This document shows positions 13,376 through 26,159 of a stretch of 64,000 nucleotides of DNA, piece after piece. How positions within the stretch are numbered: position 1 is the first letter of the stretch; each line of letters opens with the position of its first letter. The notes under the pieces are model-generated. The model was not told where the DNA came from. It saw only the letters and a list, made by a program, of their open reading frames with translations, and did no database searches. A program made the translations under genes and the position numbers. The stretch comes from Octopus vulgaris (lineage: Eukaryota), in NCBI GenBank assembly GCA_951406725.2, contig OX597825.1, positions 13,826,001-13,890,000 on the forward strand. Direction: 5' to 3'.

Positions 13376-14254
13376 GCGCCTACATTTGTGCATATGTTTG
13401 CTTAAAGTACATGATGATGCGTATGTGTGCATCTGTTCCCATGCATTTTGCAGGAATGTACATTTGATATTAACGAAGAAAGATAAGTTGTTTAAACGGA
13501 TTACCAGACAATAAAATCCCAGCTGGAAAAGCAGCTTCATTTACAGAGTTTCCAAGTGTTTCTGTTTATGAGAAACCATTGATGCTTCAAAGCATTGACC
13601 CATCTGCAAGAATTAATATCGGTTAAAAGATGAAGAAATATGAGAAAAGGCAAATGATGGCTACAAAAAATATGGTAAAAGGACCACCCCACGCCCCATG
13701 AGATAGATTAAAAGAAGTGAATGGCAGACAGAAACGCACTGTTTTTATGGCAAAAATCACTTTGTTTTTCATATTTAACTGTTTTATAAACGTTATGTGC
13801 TGATGGTGAATACCATCGCTCGTCTAAAAGGGATTGGTTGCGGTTGTTGTGTTTCTTTCCACTTGTGTTTCAATGTCGTTCATCGTTGTTGTCCCCCCCG
13901 CCACCGCTCTTGACTTTGTTTGTAATCTAAGTCTTTTGTAATTCCTTGATACGATATAAGGAATGAAAGTAAGGCCATCCTGATCACTCCTCCATATTTC
14001 TACCTTTCATGGCACATGACCTCTCAAGAATGGTGATGATGATGATGATGATGATGATGATGACAGTGATGGTGACGATGAAGATGATGGTGTTGATGTT
14101 GGTGATGATCATGGTGATGATGATGATAATGATTGTAGTGGTGATGATAATGATAGTGATGATGATGATGACGACGGGTGAGGGCAACGGTGATGATGAT
14201 GGTGATGATGTTGGTGATGATGATGTTGATAATGATGTTGGTGACGGATGGTGA

Positions 14255-14790
14255 TGAGGGATTCAGTTAATCTGATCAATGGAACAGCCTGTCTGAGAAA
14301 TTGATGTGCAAGTGGTTGAGAACACTGCAGGTACATATACCCTTAATGTTGGTCTTGAGGAGAGTGCCAGTGGCACGTAAAAAGCACCATTCAAGTGTGG
14401 TCGATGTCAGTATTAGCTGACTAGCCCTCATGCTGGAGGCATGTAAAAATCACCCACTACACTCTCGGAGTGGTTGACATTAGGAAGGGCATCCTGCTGT
14501 AGAGACCTTGCCAGAACAGATTGGAGCCTGCTCTTAGTCTAACCGTCCAATCCATGCCAGCATGGAAAACGGACGTTACATGATGACAACGATGATGACG
14601 ATGATTCTGTATGACACAAAATGTGACAAGGCCGGCCTTTTGTATTACAGGTGCTACTCACTTTTGCCAGCCAAGTGGACTGAGGCCACACGAGATAAAA
14701 CATCTTCCTGAAGAACACAGCATGCCACCAGGAATCAAACTCGCTGCCTTACAATCATGAGGCAAAAACCCTCACCACTGAGCCACCTAC
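14255..14790 (-). mobile_element. SINE (head H2, tail T2) interrupted by an RTE-tail element (~14365-14605, +)
   Basis: T2 and H2 segments flank a GGAAGGGCATCC...CCATGCCAGCATGGAAAACGGACGTTA-(GAT)n insert. Confidence 0.75.
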
Positions 14791-14818
14791 CTTCACAGTT
14801 TTATACATATTGATATGA

Positions 14819-14865
<47 letters not shown>

Positions 14866-15434
14866 CTGAGTGGTTGGCGTTAGGAAGGGCATCCAGCTGT
14901 AGAATCTCTGCCAGATGAAGATTGGAGCCTGGTGCAGCCATCTGGCTCGCCAGCCCTCAGTCAAAATCGTCCATCCCATGCTAGCATGGAAAGCGGACGT
15001 TAAACGATGATGATGATGATGATGATGATGATGACACACACACACAACAGACACACTCATAGATATACATGCATATCTTAAATGGAATGTTTTATTGGTA
15101 ACGATTGAGAAACTGTAACATGTGACTATATCAGTGTGTGTGGAAATAATTATAGATTAATCAGCTTCTCCAAAATTTTGCATCTAGAGAGGATGCTATT
15201 AAGAAAAAAATACAGACGAAGTTGTTATGTAATATGAAACATAGTTACAGACCCCCACTGCAAGTATGCGAATAAATGTGAAGAATCACACATATTCTGC
15301 TTCTCTTTGCCATTCTCTTCTCTACTACACACTCAAACACTGTCTTATTCTCTCTCTCTTTTTCTCACACATACACACACATACACATGCATATATATAC
15401 ACACATATATACATGTATATGTATGTAGTGTATG

Positions 15435-15488
<54 letters not shown>

Positions 15489-15537
15489 CGTATATATATA
15501 CATGTATATGTATATGTATATGTATGTAGTGTATGTA

Positions 15538-15601
<64 letters not shown>

Positions 15602-15634
15602 CATATATATATATACATATACATATACATATAC

Positions 15635-15741
<107 letters not shown>

Positions 15742-16354
15742 TATATACACACACATATATTATATAAAATCTGTGAAATTCAGTATGTAATGATCTAAAA
15801 TTCCTGTGTTGGATGTCATTAGAAAAATTGCAGTGTCTGAGATTGGTCATAAACCACTGAAAGAAATCTCGCTTGCTCACTATAGACTTAATTAACTCGC
15901 AGGGTTATGAGTTCCAGCAGATTCTTAGATAAGAGAGCAAAATGATTGCTACGCAAATTAGGTGGATATTCCAACAGCAAGCGTATGGCATCAACATTCC
16001 CCAAACTCTGCTAGTGTGTGTGCATGACAAAGTTATCTCGGTTTTGCATCTTTTTATATCTTTCAGCTGCATCAAGACAACTTAGTCGATGTATCTCTCG
16101 GTGACAGTTATTTCAACTGAAGGCTAGGCTGCTGTTTGCTAACCAGCGAGTTTTTGTTTATTCAACGATATACAAGCAGATCTACGTTAGATATAATAAA
16201 CTATTGCTTGCAGTGTTGTTACCTGCATGTATATTTGTCTAACTATCTTGATTAAATGTACCAGAGCTAAACACACACACACAGACACACATACACTTAT
16301 ATATACACTGTCAAGTGGTTTGCTATGTATATAGATATATCCAGATAATGCTGG

Positions 16355-16525
16355 AAGAGAAATATTATCGTCTGTTTGGACTGATACTTCAATTAGTATA
16401 TATTTCTTCTCATGGTGGCCCTTGACAATAATATCTGGTTTATTATTCCTCATCTCTCTCGTGTATGTGCATTGATATATTCTAATATAAGATTATTAAT
16501 ACCATTCTCTGAGATGATTTTATCC
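16355..16525 (-). pseudogene. R4/Dong-like non-LTR retrotransposon fragment (restriction-like endonuclease region)
   Basis: NKPDIIVKGHHEKKYILIEVSVQTDDNISL fits the RLE pattern N.PDI.V....K...I(D/E)V..P.D.N; frameshifted upstream. Confidence 0.7.
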
Positions 16526-16549
16526 AACCCCCACCCCCACCTAGTATGA

Positions 16550-16707
16550 TAGGCGCAGGCATGTCTGTGTGAAAAGAAGCTTGCTTCTCAACCACATGGT
16601 TCTGAGTTCAGTCCCAATGCATGGCATCTTGGGCAAGTGTCTTCTACTATAGCCTTGGGCCAACCAAAGACTTGTGGGTGGATTTGGTTGGTGGAAACTG
16701 AAAGAAG

Positions 16708-16748
<41 letters not shown>

Positions 16749-16985
16749 CACACATAGACACATACAGACACACACACAGACACACACACACACAACAGAT
16801 ATATATATATGTGTGTGTGTGTGTTTGTCTTTGTGTCTATGTTTGTCACCCCATCTTGGCTTGACAACTGGTGTTGGTGTGTTTACATCTCTATTACATA
16901 GCAATTCAGCAAAAGAGACCAATAGAATAAGTACCTGGTCTTGAAACAAAAAAATATGTCCTGGAGTTGATTTGTTTGACTAAAA
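16550..16985 (+). mobile_element. SINE family A
   Basis: Head, body and internal TA/CA microsatellite match the family. Confidence 0.85.
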
Positions 16986-17329
16986 TCTACGTTAAGGGTA
17001 CATGTGCCTGTGGAATGCTCAGCCACTTGCACGTTAATTTCATGAGCAAGCTGTTCCGTTGATCATATCAGCTGGGACCCTCATCATCGCAACTGACCGA
17101 GTGCTATTATATAATCTTTCAATCTCTCGTTGTGTGTCTTTCATTTTCTGCTTCTCAGCTTATTCTTGGACTTTTCCTTCCTTGTTTCCTCCTTGTTTAC
17201 CATTGCAATAACAAAGACTTGGAATCTGAGAAATTCTCGATGAGATTTCAAATAAAGTTAAGTCTTCTATAAACCATCAAGACTAGACTAATTGTATAAG
17301 AAGCATCCCTTTCTATGGAGAGAAATTAA

Positions 17330-17612
17330 AAAGCACCATCTGAATGTGGCAGATGCCAGCGCTTCTTGACTAGTGTCTGTGTCGGTGACACGTAAAAGCA
17401 CCAAACAATCGTGGCCGTTTGCCAGCCTCCCCTGGCCCTTGTACAGGTGGCACGTAAAAAGCCTCCACTACACTCATGGAGTGGTTGGCATTAGGAACGG
17501 CATCCAGCTGTTGAAACACTGCCAAATTGCACTGGAGCCTGGTGCAGTCGAACTGTCCAACCCATGCTAGCATGGAAAACGGACATTAAACGATGATGAT
17601 GATGATGATGAT
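17330..17612 (+). mobile_element. RTE 3'-UTR-derived element with (GAT)n tail
   Basis: GGCACGTAAAAAGC...GGCATCCAGCTG...CCCATGCTAGCATGGAAAACGGACATTAAACGATGATG. Confidence 0.8.
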
Positions 17613-17904
17613 GTGAGAAATATTTGATGTTTTTGTCAGAGTTAATTAAATCCTTGTATCGTCTTCATTTATGGTAATGCCACCAGTTGGAAAATTAATC
17701 TTCCTGGTGCGTAGGTCTTGGCAATGGAAGTGTCTAAGAGTCTAAGAATTAGTCAAACAACTGCAATGAAGATTTAGCGTTTTCAGTACTCTTGAAGAAT
17801 CTTTATTTGGTGAAGGACATTCTTTCCTTTCTGCTTCCTTTCAGAACAGGTAATGGTTTGTCTATTCTTGTCATATGACAGTAATCTTATCATTTTTTGC
17901 CTCT

Positions 17905-18567
17905 TTGTCATCATCATCAAAAAACAGAATCCTCATCATCATCATCATCATCGTCATCGCCGTCATCGTCGTCATCATCATCATCATGAACATCAACATA
18001 AAAACATCATCACCACTATCATCTTTACCACCACCACCACCACCATAAAAAAAGCATCCCCATCATCAAAAACTAGACTCATCATCATCATCATCATCAT
18101 CGTCGTCGTCATCATCATGATCATCGTTGTCGTCGTCATCATGATCATCAACATAAAAACATCATCTTCACTATCGTCTTTACCACCACCACCACCATCA
18201 CCACCACCACCACCATAAAAAAGCATCCTCATCGTCAAAAGCTAGAATCATCATCATAGGCATTGTTGTTGTCGTCGTAATCGTCATCATCATCATCATC
18301 AACATAAAAACATCACCACTCCCATCTTTACCACCACCATCACCACCACCACCACCACCGCCACCATAAAAAAGTACCATCATCATCATCATCATCATCA
18401 TCATTGTAACTGTCACTGCATTGCTATCTATTTCCCCCCATTACCTGCTATCATTATTAATTGCAGCATCTGTAACCATTACTGCTATCTGCCATCTTAG
18501 TCACCATTGCTGCTATTCCCATCACCTTCTTCAACACCACCACCAACCACCACCACCACCACCGTCG

Positions 18568-18606
<39 letters not shown>

Positions 18607-18930
18607 CCACCACCACCACCACCACCACCACCACCACCATCATCATCATTATCGTCCTCATCCTCGTCTTCATTGTCATCGTCATCATCATCTTCATCAT
18701 CATCATCATCATCGTCGTCATCATCGTCGTCATCATCGTCATCATTATCATCATCATCATCACCATCATCATCATCACTATCATCACCATCACCATCATC
18801 ATCTTCATCATCATCATCTTCATATCCATCATCATCATTATCATCATTATCATCATCATCATCGTCATCATCATCATCATCACCATCGTCATCACCATCA
18901 TCTACATCATCATCATCTGCAGCTGCAGCA
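17905..18930. repeat. (CAT)n/(CAC)n trinucleotide field with ~155-bp higher-order repeat
   Basis: ATCAACATAAAAACATCA and CACCATAAAAAAG each recur three times at ~155-bp spacing. Confidence 0.9.
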
Positions 18931-19611
18931 GTTAGCGTCACCAAAGCAGAATATAAATAATGCTGTTATATTACTATATATTCTGCTTTGCTAGTAACTA
19001 TACCAATACTGAGAGCTAGTAGAAGTAGCTGTAATATATTGGGGGCCTTGGAGACAATGCATTATCATGTTGACTAAATATATCATCATCATCATCACCC
19101 ATCATCATCATCAAAACTTTAATGCCCACTTTTCCTTGCTTGCATGGGTCAGTCAGTATTTCTTGAGGCAGATTTTCTACAGCAGGATACTGTTCCTGTC
19201 ACTAACCCTCACCTGTTTACAAACAAGGTAATACTCCCCCATGGCCAGGCAGGACCTGCTTTTGCAGGATATTGGAAATGAACGACACCGCTTGTATGAC
19301 AGGGACATTCATTTACTACTATGATGTGATGTCAAGTCAAGGTCACACACACACAGACACAGACACACACACACACACACACAGACACACACACACACAC
19401 ACAGAGACACACACACACAGAGACACACACACACAGACACACACGCACACACACACACAGACACACACACACATACATGCATGCACACATACACAAGTGC
19501 ATGCACATGCCCCACCTGCCACATTATATTCACAAGCCTTGAATCTTGCTGCACACTGTTTTCTTGTCCAGTGGAGGATATTATAATCTCACTCAGTTAC
19601 AGCCTTTGAGT

Positions 19612-19935
19612 GAAGGCACGTGGCTTAGTGGTTAGAGTATTTGGCTTATGATTGTAAGGCCATGAGTTCAATTCCTGGCCATGCACTGTTTCGTTGAGCA
19701 AAACATTTTATTTCATGTTGCTCCAGTTCACTAAGCTGGCAAAAATTAATAGTACTGGTACTTCAAAGGGTCAGCCTTGTAACACTCTGTGTCACACTAA
19801 ATCTCTCTGAGAAATACATTAAGGGTACACATGTCTGTGGAGTACTCAGCCAGTTGCATGTTAATTTCAGAAGCAGGCTGTTCCGTTGATCGGATTAACT
19901 GGAACCCTCATCATTGTAAGCAACAGAGTGCCACA
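19612..19935 (+). mobile_element. tRNA-derived SINE (head H2, tail T2); a second 5'-truncated copy lies at ~20100-20372
   Basis: GAAGGCACGTGGCTTAGTGGTTAGAG...GAGTTCAATTCC, TTGAGCAAAACATTTTATTTCATGTTGCTCCAG, CTGTTCCGTTGATCGGAT. Confidence 0.85.
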
Positions 19936-20527
19936 AAAGATTTCTTTATTGCCCACAAGGGGCTAAACATAGAGGGAACAACACAAGGAGAGACAAAGTG
20001 ATTAAATCAATTACATCGACCCTAGTGTGTAACTGAAACTTTTTTGATTGACCCTGAAAGGACAAAAGGTAAAGTCAACCTTGGCTGAATTTGAACCCAT
20101 TGTAAGGTCATAAGTTCAATTCCTGCGTTGTTGAGCAAAACACTTTATTTCATGTTGCCCCAGTCCACTAAAACTGGCAAAAATGAATTGTATCGGTACT
20201 TCAAAGGGCCAGCCTTGTCACACTCTGTGTCACACTAAATCTCCCTGAGAACTACATTAAGGGTACATGTATGCTGCAGAGTGCTTAGTCACTTGCTCGT
20301 TAATTTCACGAGAAGATTATTTGTTTGATTGGATCAACAGGAACCCTGATCATCATAACCAATGAAGTACCAGCTATATTACTTTGAAACTGGGTAACTG
20401 GTCTAATGTGACCTTGGGCTTCAAAATATAGAATGATTTAAAAACGAAACGAAACAAGGTAGAAACAACAAAACAAAAAAAAAACCAGAAAATATTTGCA
20501 TTTATGTATGCATACACATACAAACCC

Positions 20528-20528
<1 letters not shown>

Positions 20529-20616
<88 letters not shown>

Positions 20617-20630
20617 TTCTTCTTCTTCTT

Positions 20631-20689
<59 letters not shown>

Positions 20690-20708
20690 CAGTGTTATTA
20701 TCATTATT

Positions 20709-20782
<74 letters not shown>

Positions 20783-20802
20783 CATCATTATTATTATTAT
20801 TA
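20529..20802. repeat. (ATT)n-(CTT)n-(ATT)n compound microsatellite
   Basis: Direct reading. Confidence 0.95.
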
Positions 20803-21124
20803 TGTACAAAGATACAAATACATTTACTTAAATATAATGTGATTTTCGTGTAATTCAGTTAGAAAACATTGACCTTTTCACTCAAAATTTTTTTAATGTA
20901 AACATGTTATTTTAATGCACTCCATATATTTTGTCTTTTATTTTCTGAGTCATACACGATTTTTCTGTTAGCCTGGATGATGAGATGATGTTTAAAAATG
21001 TTGGCATTTGCATATTATTGGTCCTTTTGTTTCTAATGGGTGAATACCAGCTTCTCATGAAGTTCAATAGTTTGCCGATGATGTAAGAATAGGTACAAAT
21101 TGACACTCAGATATATTCATTTTT

Positions 21125-21895
21125 TTTTTATTGCCCATAGGGGGCTAAGCATAGAGGGGACAAAGGACAAACAAGGACAGACAAAGAGGTTTGGTTGATT
21201 ACATTGACTCCAGTGTATAACTGGTACTTATTTAATCGACCCCGAAACGATGAAAAACTAAGTCGACCTTGGTGGAATTTGAACTCAGAATGTAATGACA
21301 GATGAATGAAATACCTATTTCTTTACTACCCACAAGGGGCTAAATACAGAGAGGGCAAACAAGGACAGACAAATGGATTAAGTCAATTATATTGACTTCA
21401 GTGTATAACTGGTACTTATTTAATCGATCCTGAAAAGATGAAAGACAAAGTCGACCGCAGCAGAATTTGAACTTAGAATGTAACGGTAGACAAAATACCT
21501 GTTTCTTTATTACCCACAAGGGGCTAAACACAGAGAGGACAAATAAGAACAGACAAATGGATTAAGTCGATTATATTGACCCCAGTGTATAACTGGTACT
21601 TATTCAATCGACCCCGAAATGATGAAAAACTAAGTCGACCTCGGTGGAATTTGAACTCAGAATGTAACGGCAGATGAAATACCTATTTCTTTACTATCCA
21701 CAAGGGGCTAAACACAGAGGGGATGAACAAGGACAGATAAACGGATTAAGTCGATTATATTGACCCCAGTGCATAACTGGTACTTCTTTAATCGACACCG
21801 AAAAGATGAAAGGCAAAGTTAACCTCCGCAGAATTTGAACCCAGAACGCAGCAGCGGACGAAATACCACAAAGTATTTCACCCAGTGCCTTAATT
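21125..21895 (-). mobile_element. SINE family C tandem tetramer (one partial head, four ~185-bp bodies)
   Basis: Unit CCCACAAGGGGCTAAACACAGAG...GACCCCAGTG.ATAACTGGTACTTA...GAATTTGAACTCAGAA...GAAATACC repeated 4 times without spacer. Confidence 0.9.
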
Positions 21896-21969
21896 ACTCA
21901 GAAAAAAAGACAGAAAAAAGGAGATGACAGAAATATAAAGGAAAGAAAAAGAGAGAAGGAAGAATATCT

Positions 21970-22270
21970 AATCAAATATAGTTTTGTATAAATTTGATGA
22001 TATTCTCCGGTCATCTTTTTCATCCCTCCAGGGCGTGATGTTAATAACCTGCAAACATATTTCTCCTCATACATTCTGAGAAGTGAAAGAGAAGCAGATT
22101 CAGAATATTTTCTGAGAATATGCACTTTCAAGTCTTCTTCAAAATTGCAACTGCTTGAAACGAAATGTTCAGCAAGTTCTGTCGAACTACTGTTATTGTG
22201 CCTGATGTCGAATCTGTGCCCATTAAACCTTTTGCTTAATTGTTCTGTTGTGCAACCAACATGAATTAAG
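21970..22270 (-). pseudogene. Penelope-like element GIY-YIG endonuclease remnant
   Basis: HVGCTTEQLSKRFNGHRFDI...ELAEHF...LKVHIL...RMYEEKYVCRLLTSRPGGM matches the PLE pattern YIG.T...L..R...H...A.HF...E...I..L.T..P.G.N; first GIY motif and RT are missing. Confidence 0.8.
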
Positions 22271-22527
22271 ATGTATTTCGGGCATTCTTTTTTTATTCTG
22301 TCTTTTTCTTTTCGCCTGTTATAAAATTGTAACTCAAAAACTGATGATGTCATTCCAAAACGTGTGGATACTGATTGCTCTCGTTCATATTTTACATTTA
22401 AATTTCTGTAATTTTGAATTTTTATCACTTCTTATTTTGAACTTGACAAAGACAGATGTACTGTTGATATATCGTTCGACTAACAAAATATCTTACAATC
22501 AAATCACACTCTTCATCTTCACTATTC

Positions 22528-22785
22528 TTCATCATCATCATCATCATCATCATCGTTTAATGCCCGCTCTCCATGCTAGCATGGGTTGGATGGTTTGACT
22601 GGGGTCTGGGAAGCCAGGAGGCTGCACCAGGCTCCAGTCTGATCTGGCAGAGTTTCTACAGCTGGATACCCTTCCTAACGCCAGCCACTCCATGAGTGTA
22701 GTGGGTGCTTTTTATGTGCCACTGGCACAGGTGCCAGGGGAGGCTGGCAATGGCCACGGTCGGTTGGTGCTTTTTACGTGCCACC
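22528..22785 (-). mobile_element. RTE 3'-UTR-derived element with (GAT)n tail
   Basis: Reverse complement of the 14.9-kb and 17.3-kb elements. Confidence 0.85.
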
Positions 22786-23924
22786 ATTATTATTATTATC
22801 ATTATTATTATTATTATTATTATTATCATCATTATTATTATTATTATTATTATCATTATTATTATTATTATCATCATCACCATTATAAAGGCGGCAAGGT
22901 GGTAGAATCGTTAGCACAGCAGGCAAAATGCTTAACAGCATTTTGTCCGTCCTTATGTTCTGAGTTCAAATTCTGCCTAGGTTGACTTTGACTTTCGTCC
23001 TTTCATGATTAATGAAATAAGTACCACTTGAGCATGGCAGGAGGGTGGAGCAAGGGGAACCAATGTTATCAACTTATCCACACAACCACCACCCTTCGGA
23101 AATTGCCGACATTGTGCTAAAAATTGAGTATGATTTATGAAATAATTCAAGTGGTGCTTGTATAGATTGAGGGAAAATCGATTATCAGAATTTTTCTTTT
23201 TTTTTTTTTTTTTTTGATTATTGGAAATAACATATTAAAAAGAAAAAGGAGCATGCCGAATTCTGGGTATGGAAGCTGTCTTAGCAATCTCCTTACCAAA
23301 AATTTCATTAGATCAATCTTAATATTTCTAACCTAAATTTCTTCAATTTTCTTAATGGATTTATCAGTTTGAAGACCAATCATTTTATAAGCTTATTTAA
23401 ATCCTTTCTGGAATCTTTGAATATGCAGGAAAAGGAGTGAAGAATTCACTGAATTTATTTCATTTGCCAGAAGAAAAAAAAAAAACAAAACAAAAAAAAA
23501 AACAAAAAACAAAAAGAAAACTGAATCAATGAATATATTGCAGGAATAATGGAAGACCTTATTTCATTGGAACCCATAAAAGCAATCAATTTTATGTATA
23601 TATTGCTTTTATATTAAAGGAAAACCCTACTTGTTGGTTAGCTCCCGATTATCTCCACTGATAAGAGATTTATAATCAATTCCATGACCATCATGGCTTA
23701 CTTATAGATGATAGATTCAGGATTACATTGCATGATTTATTTTTCCTGTCTTTAAAAGTGGTAATGAAACCGAGATTATTATTTTGCGGAGAACTGTAAG
23801 AGATGAGCCAGGGTTATGTAGTTTATTGAGTTTTTGGCAAACGTTTGCCACAAAATTTTACTATCAGTATTTCTAAAAAGTCTGGGCTATCTAATGGCTA
23901 TAAAATCAATGGAAGAATACTCAG

Positions 23925-24095
23925 TCGTTATGTTCTGAGTTCAAATTCCGCCAAGGTCAACTTTGCCTTTCATCCTTTCAGGGTCGATCAAAAAAGTATC
24001 AGTTACGCACTAGGGTCGATGTAATTGACTTAATCCCTTTGTTTCTCCTTGTGTTGTTCCCTTTGTATTTAGCCCCTTGTGGACAATAAAGAAAT
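23925..24095 (+). mobile_element. SINE family C body
   Basis: TTCTGAGTTCAAATTCCGCCAAGGTCAACTTTGCCTTTCATCCTTTC ... AGCCCCTTGTGGACAATAAAGAAAT. Confidence 0.85.
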
Positions 24096-24479
24096 CTGTT
24101 GTGGCACTCTGTCGGTTACAACAACATGGGTTCCACTTGATCCGATCAACGGAACAGCCTGCTTCTGAAATTAACGTGCAAGTGGCTGAGTACTCCACAG
24201 ACACGTTGCGCTCTTTACGCAGTTCTCATGGGAGATTCAGCGTGACACAGAGTGTGACAAGGCTGGCCCTTTAAAAATACAAGTACAACAGAAACAGGAA
24301 GAAAGAGTGAAAGAAAGTTGTGGTGAAAGAGTACAGCAGGGATCACCACCACCCCCTGCCGGAGCCTCATGGAGCTTTAGGTGTTTTCACTCAATACTCA
24401 TAATGCCTGGTCTGGGAATTGAAACCGCGATCCTATAACCATGAGTCCGCTGCCCTAACCACTGGGCCATTGCAACTAC
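24096..24479 (-). mobile_element. tRNA-derived SINE (head H1, tail T2) with 13-bp TSD
   Basis: TSD ACAATAAAGAAAT at 24083-24095 and 24480-24492; head ATGGCCCAGTGGTTAGGGCAGCGGACTC. Confidence 0.9.
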
Positions 24480-24813
24480 ACAATAAAGAAATATATATAT
24501 ATATATCATCATTATCACCATTTAACGTCCATATATAGATATCTATATCTATCTATATATCTATCTATCGATATATATATAGAGAGAGAGAGAGTGAAAG
24601 AAAGTGAGAGAAAAAGAGAGAGAAGGAGAGAGAGAGAGAGAGGATTCTCCCATCGTCTTCAAAGTATTGAGGCCCACTAAACGTATATGTGTGTGTGCAT
24701 GCTATATATGAGCATATGTATATGTATATATATGTTTATATATGTGCGTGTGTGTATGCATGTGAGTACGTATGTGTATGTGTGTGTAAATGTATACTTG
24801 ATTATATATATAT

Positions 24814-24847
<34 letters not shown>

Positions 24848-25415
24848 GTGTGAGTGTGTATACGTATGTATGTTTGTAAAGACAATAGATTTTAAAATAA
24901 ACGGTAATGCTAGAATTGGCTCTTTGAAACATAATACATCAAAGTCTTTATTTTTTCCCTTTTCTTCGCTATGGGACAATGAAAGGATAGTTACTGAAAA
25001 AAGAATGCAACTGTGCCGAACTGACAACCTTATCAACGTAATTAGTCATGCTGTGTTTAAACCGAAGGCAACAGCTGCTAAATGTGTTTCTGGAGATATT
25101 TTTTACTGAAGCGTAGATCTCTTATAAGCTGTTTCACCATGTGAACAGGTCAGGGTATTTCTGTGCACAAGCAGGTACTCTGTTCATAGGTACTTTGTAT
25201 CTGTACACATGGCGCATTTTTTTTTTTTACATGTGACTATGTAGGACGTGTTTGTATCTTTTACTTGTTCTAATCATTGGATTGCAGCCATGGTGGGACA
25301 CTGCTTTCAAGGCTCTTAGTTCAGTGTTTCCCAACCTGTTTTTCCCCGCCAGGCCCCACTATAACTTTCCAGAAAAATGTACAAACCACTGGTCTATATA
25401 ATTATATACTTTCCT

Positions 25416-25830
25416 AGGTGCAGGCATGGCTGTGTGGTAAGTAGCTTGCTTACCAACCACATGGTTCCGAGTTCAGACCCATTGCGTGGCACCTTGGGCA
25501 AGTGTCTTCTACTATAGCCTCAGGCCGACCAAAGCCTTGTGAGTGGATTTGGTAGATGGAAACTGAAACAAGCCTGTCGTATATGTATATATGTGTGTGT
25601 GTGTGTTCGTGTGTTTGTGTTTGTACCCCCATGTTTGCTTGACAACCAATGTTGGTGTGTTTATGTTCCTGTAACTTAGCAGTTCGGCAGAAGAGACTGA
25701 TAGGATAAGTAGTAAGCTTACAAAAAATAAGTCCTGGGGTCGATTTGTTCGACTAAAGGCGGTGCTCCAGCATGGCCACAGTCAAATGACTGAAACAAAT
25801 AAAAGGATAAAAGAATATAAGAATAAAAGA
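25416..25830 (+). mobile_element. SINE family A, full length
   Basis: GGTGCAGGCATGGCTGTGTGGTAAGTAGC through CAAATGACTGAAACAAATAAAAGG tail. Confidence 0.92.
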
Positions 25831-26159
25831 ACAAATATCCAAACTACACTATTAGAATAGGGCTATGTTGTAGCAAATGGTCTTCACATGGTCTACTCGA
25901 CTGGAAATTTTTGGTTTGGTCAGGCTGAATAGAGGTGTAGTACATTTGCTGTGGAAAATAAGATTTTCACAATTCCATGTCCCACTAAAAGAAAAAAAAT
26001 ATATATTCCCCACCGGCGGTTGGTAAAAAAAACAACTTCATTTTAAATATTTTTCATAATTATTTAACACAAACGTCTCTGACATTAACTTTTTTATTAA
26101 GCATTGAATACAAAAAAAAAATGTACATTATTGACTAAGAAGAGAAAGTGAATTACTTT

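Noticed and set aside
16040-16105. Plus-strand acceptor TTTTTATATCTTTCAG at 16066
   Set aside because: No good downstream donor (GTATCT, GTGACA)
21125-21895. Regular arrays (also 9.4, 49 and 59.7 kb) as CRISPR-like loci
   Set aside because: Whole units are homologous with no unique spacers; no cas genes; eukaryotic context
25322-25340. hAT-like terminus CAGTGTTTCCCAACCT
   Set aside because: No partner TIR or 8-bp TSD found
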